From Gammaproteobacteria bacterium (GTDB lineage Bacteria > Pseudomonadota > Gammaproteobacteria > GCA-002705445 > GCA-002716945), in the NCBI GenBank assembly GCA_045561195.1, contig JBJKYE010000036.1, positions 1 to 43,961 of the forward strand: 43,961 nt of DNA, written 5' to 3'. Of the stretch, positions 1-7,577 are shown piece by piece (within the stretch, counting starts at the first letter, position 1; every line of letters starts with the position of its first letter). The translations under genes and the position numbers were made by a program. The notes under the pieces were generated by a model. That model was not told where the DNA came from and did not search any database. It worked only from the letters and a program-made list of their open reading frames with translations.

Positions 1-289
1 CTAGGAATAATATAACATGAATCGCTTTTGATAAATTAATAAAAAATCTTTGCATTGAATCATTATGTATATAATCCTCCATGATTGTTTCTATTCCTAA
101 AGAACTATGCATAAAAAGCGTAGAAGACACTACCACTATAAAAATAATACCCCAAAGAGATGTAATATCAGAAACTATAGTAGAATATGTGAGATTTGTG
201 ATATTCAAAAAATATAAAGTTATATATATAATTGCAGGCACTAGAATAATTGCGCTCAATCTTTGTAATTTCCAATGTAATATTGCCAT
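1..289 (-). CDS. sdhD: succinate dehydrogenase hydrophobic membrane anchor subunit SdhD (truncated by the window edge)
   Basis: Absent from the supplied ORF track because it runs off the window. Minus-strand ATG is the complement of 287-289 and the frame stays open to base 1. My translation is MAILHWKLQRLSAIILVPAIIYITLYFL...LFMHSSLGIETIMEDYIHNDS..., a multi-TM protein with an SdhD-type H-x3-G...xxDY motif (E. coli HAWIGMWQVLTDY). It starts 12 nt downstream of sdhC. Confidence 0.75.
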   Translation of the reverse strand, partial: MAILHWKLQRLSAIILVPAIIYITLYFLNITNLTYSTIVSDITSLWGIIFIVVVSSTLFMHSSLGIETIMEDYIHNDSMQRFFINLSKAIHVILFL

Positions 290-301
290 AATTAATACGT
301 T

Positions 302-688
302 TTAGTTTAAATACACTATAAAAGATAATGTTGTTAATAATGATAAAGTAATAACAAGATATCCACTTAAATAGCTATCTCTAATACTCAATCCTTTCCC
401 TATATCCCAAAAAAGATGTCTGACACCGTTCAGTAAGTGATATGTAATTACAAATATTACCCCATATAAAATAAGTTTCACTAGAAAGTGATCTAGTACT
501 GATATAAGCACATTAAAGTACTCACTGCCTAATGCTATGACAAAAAAGAAAAAAGGTATGAGCAACAAAAGTATCGAGAGTATTACGCCAGTAAATCTAT
601 GAGATATTGACATCACCGATGTAAGCTGCGGCTTATAAATCTGCAGATGAGGTGACAGCGGTCTTTTATTAGTTAATATTTTATCCAT
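302..688 (-). CDS. sdhC: succinate dehydrogenase cytochrome b556 subunit SdhC
   Basis: 128 aa. The N-terminal RPLSPHLQIYKPQLTSVMSISHRFTGV is the SdhC signature. Three hydrophobic helices follow, and sdhD lies directly downstream. Confidence 0.9.
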   Translation of the reverse strand: MDKILTNKRPLSPHLQIYKPQLTSVMSISHRFTGVILSILLLLIPFFFFVIALGSEYFNVLISVLDHFLVKLILYGVIFVITYHLLNGVRHLFWDIGKGLSIRDSYLSGYLVITLSLLTTLSFIVYLN

Positions 689-829
689 TTAAAAATCTAC
701 ACATCTACCATTTTTTTCCCAGTCACCATACCTAGTCGGGTCGGGGCCTTTTCTGCCGCCGATTTCCTTTACTTTTTTAGGGGTATTGATCTTCTTTTTA
801 GAATTATCAGTTTTTTGATCTTTGTTCAT
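689..829 (-). CDS. DUF1674 / SDHAF4-like small protein (46 aa), first gene of the sdh operon
   Basis: Hand-translated and below the ORF-track size cut-off. GGAGAG (complement of 835-840) sits 5 nt upstream of the ATG (complement of 827-829). Product: [46 protein letters not shown]. The stop TAA (complement of 689-691) directly abuts the sdhC ATG. The C-terminal [23 protein letters not shown] matches the DUF1674/SDHAF4 C-terminal signature as I recall it. Confidence 0.8.
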   Translation of the reverse strand: [46 protein letters not shown]

Positions 830-984
830 GCAATCTCTCCAAGACGTATTATATGCAAATATAAATTAAATAAATAGCACTTTATTAGTATATACTTATT
901 TTGATTGTACGCAGATTAGCTATAATAAATTAGTGGTAATAATAGCGCTTAAAAGGATAAATTAACTATATATCAATACTTTAT

Positions 985-1872
985 ATGAATTTTAAAGAAT
1001 TATCAGGATATTCAATAGACAACAATACGACTTGTATCAAAGTATCTGGTGAAGACTCACAAAAGTTTTTACAAGGACAATTTAGTAATGACATAACAGA
1101 AGTTACTGATAGTGTTTACCAATATTCATCCTACTCAACTAATCAGGGTAAAGTTATCGCAATTTTTAGAATTTTGAAAAATAATCAAGGATATTTACTT
1201 TTGATAAATAAGGATGTTGCTAAATACTTTGTTGAACGTCTATCCATGTATATTCTGATGTCAAAAGTTATTATCGAAGAGCAAAAAGATTGCAAGATTT
1301 ATGGAGTTCTTGGAGAATCAGCAAACAATATTCTCTTAAATAATACATTAAAGGAAAATGAGTATATTAAAGGTTCAGACAATATAATTCTAAATAATAA
1401 AAATAAATATATGCCAGCAGCTACTATCATCAAAATTAAATCTAATAATAGTGAATCTGATGAGCTTCTACAATCAGAAATAAATGTTGATTATAATGTG
1501 AATGAATTAATTGATAACTTACTACTTCTTCCAAGGATCACTATGGCAACAAAAGAAACATATATACCGCAAGTTTTAAATCTAGAAGATTTAAATGGTA
1601 TAAATTATAAGAAAGGATGTTATACGGGACAAGAAATTGTAGCAAGAACACATTACTTGGGAAAAATTAAAAAAAAAATATTTTTGCTAGAACATAATGA
1701 AAAAGATATTGATACAGGTGATAAAATTCATGATGACGATGGAGAGGTGGTTGGAGAAATCTTTACTTCGTCTCAAAAAATAAATGATGTTTTTTTATCG
1801 ATAGGTGTAATAAGACTTGATTCTATAGATAAGAATATTTACACAAAAGAGAAAAGTTTAAAAATTATCTAA
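985..1872 (+). CDS. ygfZ: folate-binding Fe-S cluster maintenance / tRNA-modification protein YgfZ (COG0354, GcvT-like)
   Basis: 295 aa. Carries the family signature KGCYTGQEIVARTHYLG near the C-terminal third. Length and layout fit YgfZ. Confidence 0.85.
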   Translation: MNFKELSGYSIDNNTTCIKVSGEDSQKFLQGQFSNDITEVTDSVYQYSSYSTNQGKVIAIFRILKNNQGYLLLINKDVAKYFVERLSMYILMSKVIIEEQKDCKIYGVLGESANNILLNNTLKENEYIKGSDNIILNNKNKYMPAATIIKIKSNNSESDELLQSEINVDYNVNELIDNLLLLPRITMATKETYIPQVLNLEDLNGINYKKGCYTGQEIVARTHYLGKIKKKIFLLEHNEKDIDTGDKIHDDDGEVVGEIFTSSQKINDVFLSIGVIRLDSIDKNIYTKEKSLKII

Positions 1873-1873
1873 G

Positions 1874-2845
1874 TTAAAGCAAGTCTTTTATAACATCTCT
1901 TTCTGAGATCAATTCTTTTTCAGTATTTTTAATGTATTTGATTGAGGTTTCTGATAAATCAACTGTTTCAATAATTTTTATTTCATCATTTACTATATTT
2001 AAAGGATATGAAAAAAATATTTGATCATCGATATCATAAGGGTTGCTAGACATAATACCCATTGATTCCCAGTCAGATGATCCATTTACCAAAGCATAGA
2101 TATGATCATATATTGCAGAAGCTGCTGAAGCTGCGCTTGACTTACCACGATGCTCGATTATTTCAGCTCCTCTATTCTGTACTCTTGGTATAAATTCATC
2201 TGAAACCCATTGGTCATTCAGGGAAAGGATTTTTTCATTACTATTGTTTATTAATGCGTTATTAATGTCAGGGTATTGTGTTGCGGAATGATTACCCCAC
2301 ACTATTAATTGACTGATTTGCTCAACTCTACAATCTGTTTTAACTGACAAAATACTTTTTGCCCTATTCTGGTCTAATCTCATTAACGAGGAAATATTTT
2401 CTGTAGGAATATTTTTTGTATTTTCTTCTATGATTAATGCATTTGTATTTGCTGGATTACCAACAACTATTATTTTAGTAGTTGTTTTGGCATTTTCATT
2501 AATTATATTTCCCTGTGCTTTAAATATATTTGCATTATCTAACAACAAATCAGCCCGTTGCATGCCTTTAGATCTTGGTTTGGCGCCAACTAGTAGTATA
2601 TAGTCTGAGTCGGCAAATGCTTCTTCGGGTTTATCAGTTATAATCACTGAATCTAATTGCCTAAAAGCACAATCTTCAATTTCCAATTTTACACCCATCA
2701 AAATAGGGAGAGCTTGCGATATATCTAATAGATTTAATTGAATTTTTGTATCTTGGTCAAATATATTCCCAGCAAGTATACGAAAGATAAGAGAATATGC
2801 AATATTCCCAGCTGCACCAGTTATAGTAATAATTTGTTTTTTCAC
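1874..2845 (-). CDS. mdh: NAD-dependent malate dehydrogenase
   Basis: 323 aa. Rossmann N-terminus ITGAAGNIAYSLIFRI, plus VVGNPANTNALI and WGNHSATQYPD motifs of LDH/MDH-superfamily MDH. GTG start (complement of 2843-2845) with AAGGAG 8 nt upstream, forming a GTGA overlap with the kdsB stop. Confidence 0.92.
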   Translation of the reverse strand: MKKQIITITGAAGNIAYSLIFRILAGNIFDQDTKIQLNLLDISQALPILMGVKLEIEDCAFRQLDSVIITDKPEEAFADSDYILLVGAKPRSKGMQRADLLLDNANIFKAQGNIINENAKTTTKIIVVGNPANTNALIIEENTKNIPTENISSLMRLDQNRAKSILSVKTDCRVEQISQLIVWGNHSATQYPDINNALINNSNEKILSLNDQWVSDEFIPRVQNRGAEIIEHRGKSSAASAASAIYDHIYALVNGSSDWESMGIMSSNPYDIDDQIFFSYPLNIVNDEIKIIETVDLSETSIKYIKNTEKELISERDVIKDLL

Positions 2846-3561
2846 TTTAAAAACTCCTTCGCTAATTTTAAATCGCTAGGCGAATTGATGCTAATTGAAT
2901 TATTCGTTCTTACTTTTATACAATGAATTGGTATTTGATTCCAGATAAATTTTAACTGCTCTAAGCTTTCATATGACTCATATGGAGATCTTTTAAAGTT
3001 CAAATATTTTTTTAATAATGAAACCTTATAACCATAGATTCCAATATGTAAATAATGATCATTATGTATATTAAAAGGTATAGGTGATCGAGAAAAATAT
3101 AATGCATTATCTTGATTATCTAGAATTACCTTTACATCATCCTTGCTATTAAAAGATTTTTTAGACTTAGACCTAGAAATCAAAGTATACATAGACATAT
3201 TATTTTTAGATGAAAGTGAAGATATAATATCCTTGGCGCCTTTCAAGGGAAAGTTAAATTCATCTCCTTGTATATTTAATATATTATCAGTACCCATAAA
3301 TTTTAAATCTCTACACATAGCTGCTATGCGATGAGTTCCATTTTTATATGGTTTTTTTGAAAACCATATGTTTATATTATGTTTTTCCACTAAGTTTTTG
3401 ATTTTATCGTCATCTGTTGCGACAGTTATTGAGTAGTGAGGTAGTTTTTTTGCACGGAGGATAATATGTTCAATTAAACTAATGCCATTTATTTTTTGTA
3501 TTAGTTTTTCTGGGAATCTCGAGGATTTTAGTCTTGCTGGTATTATTATTCTAGTTTTCAT
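2842..3561 (-). CDS. kdsB: 3-deoxy-manno-octulosonate cytidylyltransferase (CMP-Kdo synthetase)
   Basis: 239 aa. N-terminus IIPARLKSSRFPEKL is typical of KdsB. Conserved position after lpxK, with an 11-nt overlap. Confidence 0.92.
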   Translation of the reverse strand: MKTRIIIPARLKSSRFPEKLIQKINGISLIEHIILRAKKLPHYSITVATDDDKIKNLVEKHNINIWFSKKPYKNGTHRIAAMCRDLKFMGTDNILNIQGDEFNFPLKGAKDIISSLSSKNNMSMYTLISRSKSKKSFNSKDDVKVILDNQDNALYFSRSPIPFNIHNDHYLHIGIYGYKVSLLKKYLNFKRSPYESYESLEQLKFIWNQIPIHCIKVRTNNSISINSPSDLKLAKEFLK

Positions 3562-4540
3562 AATTTAATATAACACTTAGATCTTTATTAATTTTATTAA
3601 TAAAGAGTTTGTTTGGTTCAACATAGTGATCGAGTACCCAAATGTTATTATTTTTTATTTCAATTAATTTAACATAATCTTTGTAAGTTATAAAGACTGT
3701 ATGATCATCATCAAAGCATACCTCTGATCCATCATAAACATGGTGATCGTCATATTCATGAATAATATAAGTTATCATATATAAATCTAATGCCTTAGTT
3801 ATAGTCTCTAAAGACGCTATTCCAGAAACTAAATGAATTGTTTGTGATGAAAAATCCTTTATATTTTTCGATTGATTAGTAACTAGGTTGATAACATTTT
3901 TATTTATAGATCTAATTGAAAATTTCTTATCGTCTGTAGAATTCGTATAAGCAACAATATCAGCGTTATTTAATCTAGACCTTGGTTCTCTCAATGGCCC
4001 AGCTGGAAGTAAAAAACTATTTCCAAACAGCTTATGATCGTTTATGAGCACTATCTCATAGTCTCTCGATAATTTATAATGCTGAAGGCCATCGTCATGT
4101 ATTATGATGTCAATTGTTTTTTTATTTAACAATAGTTTCGTTGCATCTACTCTGTTGCCACAACTAACTATTTCACTTTTGGTTTGTTTCGCAATTAAGA
4201 CTGCTTCATCGCCAACAAGATTAGGATTTGATTTTTCATTTACAAGAACAGGTGTTTTGAGCATAGCTTTGTAACCTGAAGATACTACCCCAACTTTTAA
4301 ACCCATATCTGATAAGTATTTCGCCAACCATATTACAAGTGGCGTTTTTCCAGAGCCTCCAACTGTTATATTTCCGACTATTATTGAAGGTTTACCGGAT
4401 GTATATTTATGCAAAAAATTATAATTATAAAGATATAATCTAATTTTGATTAACACATAAAAGAGCATCGAGAATGGCAGTAGAATGAAAGAGAATAAAC
4501 TAAACTTAGAGTACCATATACTTTCAAAAAATTTCTCCAT
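3551..4540 (-). CDS. lpxK: tetraacyldisaccharide 4'-kinase
   Basis: 329 aa. N-terminal TM helix followed by the P-loop GNITVGGSGKTP. Lies between msbA and kdsB as in many proteobacteria. Confidence 0.9.
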   Translation of the reverse strand: MEKFFESIWYSKFSLFSFILLPFSMLFYVLIKIRLYLYNYNFLHKYTSGKPSIIVGNITVGGSGKTPLVIWLAKYLSDMGLKVGVVSSGYKAMLKTPVLVNEKSNPNLVGDEAVLIAKQTKSEIVSCGNRVDATKLLLNKKTIDIIIHDDGLQHYKLSRDYEIVLINDHKLFGNSFLLPAGPLREPRSRLNNADIVAYTNSTDDKKFSIRSINKNVINLVTNQSKNIKDFSSQTIHLVSGIASLETITKALDLYMITYIIHEYDDHHVYDGSEVCFDDDHTVFITYKDYVKLIEIKNNNIWVLDHYVEPNKLFINKINKDLSVILNYEN

Positions 4541-6312
4541 TATTTCTCCGACACGCTAAACTGGATCTTATGAAGTTTTGAGTATATACCATCTTTTTTG
4601 ATTAAATCATTGTGGTTCCCGCGCTCTTTAATAATTCCCTGGTCTAGAACGATAATTTGATCCGCATTCTCTATAGTGGATAAACGATGTGCGATTACTA
4701 TGGTTGTCCTATTCTTTTGTAATTCAATTAATGAATTTTGAATAAGCTTCTCAGACTCAGAATCTAGAGAGCTTGTAGCTTCATCTAAAAGAAGAATTGG
4801 AGCATTCTTCAGTATAGCTCTTGCAATCGCAAGTCTTTGTCTTTGCCCCCCAGAAAGTAAAACACCATTATCTCCGACAAATGTTTCAAAGCCTTTCTCG
4901 TATTCGGTTATAAAATCTAAGGCATTAGCACTCTCTGCTGCAATTTTGATTTCGTCCAAGCTTTTTGACTCCAATGAACCATAAGCAATATTATTTCTTA
5001 TGGAATCATTAAATAATGTAGACTCTTGTCCAACATAACCAATCATTGATCTAAGCTCTTTTAGGGATAAAGAATTAATATTTGTATCGTCAATAGTTAA
5101 ACTTCCATCACGAATATCATAAAATCTTGGCAGAAGGTTCATCAATGTTGATTTGCCACTTCCAGATTTTCCTACAATTGCACAAGTGCTGCCTCGGGGG
5201 ACTGTAAAGTTAATATTTTTTAAAACATAGTTATCATTATCATAGTATGAAAAACTTATATTATTAAAGTTTAGTTTTAGAAAGTCTTGCTTAAATTTTT
5301 CTTTTTTTGTGAAATCTTTAACATCAAGTTCAGATTTAGAATCTAATAAATTAAAAATTGATTCACTTGCTGCTATACCTCTTTGTAATACGACATTGAT
5401 TTCTGCCAGCCTCTTTATGGGTGCAAATATCAATATCATAGCAGTTATAAAAGACATAAATGTACCTACAGAAATAACTTCTAGATAACCATCGGAGGTA
5501 ACAAAGAAAATTATTGTTGATAAAAATAAAGCAACTATAAATTGAACAAGAGGAATGCTTATTCCTTGAATTAAGGCAAGCTTTAAATGTCTATCTCTAT
5601 TATTTTTGTTAACATAATTGAATGACTTTTTTTCACTATTTTCGCCACCAAAAATTTTAACAACCCTATGTCCTGCTATTAACTCCTCTACCACATTTGT
5701 AATGTAACCCATGGATTTTTGTATATGCTTGCTGGTGTCACGAAATTTCACGCTCATTAGTTTTATAAATATTGCTATGACTGGTCCAATTACAAATAAA
5801 CCCACTGAGAGAACAAAGCTCTGATAAAACATCAATCCTAATAAACCAATAACGGTTAGTCCATCTCTGACTAAGACTGTTATAGCTTTTGTAGCTGCTT
5901 CAGCAACTTGTTCTGTATCATATGTTAGCTTGGATAATAACTCGCCAGATGACGCAAAGTCATAAGTTTTGGTTGGCATATGCACCAATTTCTCAAACAT
6001 TTCTTGACGGATTTTTTTTATAACATTTCTTCCAACCCAAGCAATACCATATGTGGATACAAACCCCGCAATACTTCTCAAAAGAAACAAACCTATTAAT
6101 ACAAAAGGAAAGTAACGAATTGTATCAGGATCTTTTTCTACAAAACTGCCATCTAATAGAGGTTTTATTAATGCAGCAAACGCAGTATCAGTAATAGCAA
6201 ACATAGCCATAGCCAAAATTGAGATTGTGAAAATAATTTTATGTTGGAAGGTATATCCTAGCAATCTCATATAAATACTAGAATTAGTTTTGCTATTGTT
6301 AGATTTATGCAT
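4540..6312 (-). CDS. msbA: lipid A export ABC transporter (permease/ATPase fusion) MsbA
   Basis: 590 aa. Six-TM exporter domain plus an NBD with Walker A GKSGSGKST, signature LSGGQRQR and Walker B ILLLDEATS. Overlaps the lpxK start by 1 nt. Confidence 0.9.
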   Translation of the reverse strand: MHKSNNSKTNSSIYMRLLGYTFQHKIIFTISILAMAMFAITDTAFAALIKPLLDGSFVEKDPDTIRYFPFVLIGLFLLRSIAGFVSTYGIAWVGRNVIKKIRQEMFEKLVHMPTKTYDFASSGELLSKLTYDTEQVAEAATKAITVLVRDGLTVIGLLGLMFYQSFVLSVGLFVIGPVIAIFIKLMSVKFRDTSKHIQKSMGYITNVVEELIAGHRVVKIFGGENSEKKSFNYVNKNNRDRHLKLALIQGISIPLVQFIVALFLSTIIFFVTSDGYLEVISVGTFMSFITAMILIFAPIKRLAEINVVLQRGIAASESIFNLLDSKSELDVKDFTKKEKFKQDFLKLNFNNISFSYYDNDNYVLKNINFTVPRGSTCAIVGKSGSGKSTLMNLLPRFYDIRDGSLTIDDTNINSLSLKELRSMIGYVGQESTLFNDSIRNNIAYGSLESKSLDEIKIAAESANALDFITEYEKGFETFVGDNGVLLSGGQRQRLAIARAILKNAPILLLDEATSSLDSESEKLIQNSLIELQKNRTTIVIAHRLSTIENADQIIVLDQGIIKERGNHNDLIKKDGIYSKLHKIQFSVSEK

Positions 6313-6403
6313 ATAGTTTATAAAATTTAAAAGATATGTAGTAGTATAAGATATTAATACATTTTCTAGTAAAAATATCTATTTATTAGTATAACTATAA
6401 CAC

Positions 6404-6907
6404 ATGAGAAAGTTTTTTAAGAAATACACTCCTAATCGCGAGATGGTAAAAGAGTACAAATTCCTAAATTTTTTGGGCAATTCTCTTTTTCATGAAGATC
6501 TTTGGAGATTTAATAGGTTATCATTCTGTCGAGCAACTGTCATTGGTGTTTTTTGGGGATGGATGCCGATGTTTTTTCAAATGATACCTGCTGCGTATTG
6601 TGCTGTATTGTTTAGAGCAAATCTTCCATTATCGGTAGCTGGTGTTTGGATAAGCAATCCTATAACAATGCCTGCCATGATGTATATTGGTTATTTATTT
6701 GGAAATTTTGTGTTGGGAATAAATCCAGTTTATGAAGAATTTCAGTTATCCTCAGAATGGATATTTAGTGCATTTGGTAATATTTGGCAGCCATTATTAG
6801 TTGGAACATTAATTATCGGAATCATATCAAGCATACTAGGTTATTTTATTATGCATATGTTATGGAGATTCTATGCTTACAGTAGATTACAAAGATCAAA
6901 AAAATAA
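6404..6907 (+). CDS. DUF2062 family inner-membrane protein (function unknown)
   Basis: 167 aa. The N-terminal basic segment plus FLGNSLFHEDLWRFNRLSFCRATVIGVFWGWMP and several TM helices resemble DUF2062 proteins as I recall them. The family assignment is from memory. Confidence 0.65.
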   Translation: MRKFFKKYTPNREMVKEYKFLNFLGNSLFHEDLWRFNRLSFCRATVIGVFWGWMPMFFQMIPAAYCAVLFRANLPLSVAGVWISNPITMPAMMYIGYLFGNFVLGINPVYEEFQLSSEWIFSAFGNIWQPLLVGTLIIGIISSILGYFIMHMLWRFYAYSRLQRSKK

Positions 6908-6908
6908 A

Positions 6909-7577
6909 CTATAAAATTTTTCCAGATTCAATCGTATATGTTTGGTCAAACTTAGTTAATAAATCATTGTCATGTGTAACCATAATCAGTGTTGATCTAT
7001 TTTCTTTGCATAGTTGAATTAATATATTGATTATGTTTGTTGTATTTCTCTTATCTAAGTTCCCTGTGGGCTCGTCAGCAAGGATTATAGATGGCTTTGT
7101 TACAAGTGCCCGAGCAATAGCGACTCTTTGAGCTTCTCCTCCTGATAAAAGGTTTGGAGTAAACGACGCCCTGTCCCTCAAACCTATGCTATCAATAAGA
7201 TTATCAACTGTTTTCAATATATTTTTTTTATTAACACCTCTCATTAATAAAGGTAGCGATATATTTTCAATAACTGTTAAATCATTTATTAAATTAAAAA
7301 ATTGAAATATCATTCCGATATTTTGATTCCTAAAATTACAAAGTTCGTTTTGACTCAAGTGATTTATCATTTGATCATTAATAATTATAGAACCTGATGA
7401 TGCATCCTCAATACCTGATATGAGATTTAATAAAGTACTTTTGCCGCTACCTGAAGGCCCTGTAAGAGCTACAGTAGTTCCAGTTTCAATGCTTAGATTT
7501 ATGCTATTGATGACATTGATCCTAGAGTCTGATTGATCAATCAAAAATGATTTAGATAAATCTTTTAATATCAACAT
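6909..7577 (-). CDS. lolD: lipoprotein-releasing system ATP-binding protein LolD
   Basis: 222 aa. Walker A GPSGSGKST, LSGGEAQRVAIARAL and ILADEPTGNLD. Overlaps the upstream Lol permease gene by 1 nt. Confidence 0.88.
   Translation of the reverse strand: MLILKDLSKSFLIDQSDSRINVINSINLSIETGTTVALTGPSGSGKSTLLNLISGIEDASSGSIIINDQMINHLSQNELCNFRNQNIGMIFQFFNLINDLTVIENISLPLLMRGVNKKNILKTVDNLIDSIGLRDRASFTPNLLSGGEAQRVAIARALVTKPSIILADEPTGNLDKRNTTNIINILIQLCKENRSTLIMVTHDNDLLTKFDQTYTIESGKIL

Noticed and set aside
81-305. 74-aa plus-strand ORF from the supplied track
   Set aside because: It lies entirely antisense to a much better supported minus-strand sdhD reading frame (1-289), which has the SdhD motif and operon context. 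The product is low-complexity with no recognisable motif.
901-926. Candidate sigma-70 promoter TTGATT ... TATAAT upstream of ygfZ
   Set aside because: The spacer between the hexamers is only 14 nt, outside the functional 16-18 nt range. TATAAT-like words are frequent in this AT-rich DNA, so I do not call a promoter.
1669-1678. A10 homopolymer inside ygfZ (encodes KKK), a potential slippage or phase-variation tract
   Set aside because: Lysine AAA runs are common throughout this AT-rich window (for example also near the lpxD start). The reading frame is intact, and a housekeeping gene is an unlikely phase-variation target.
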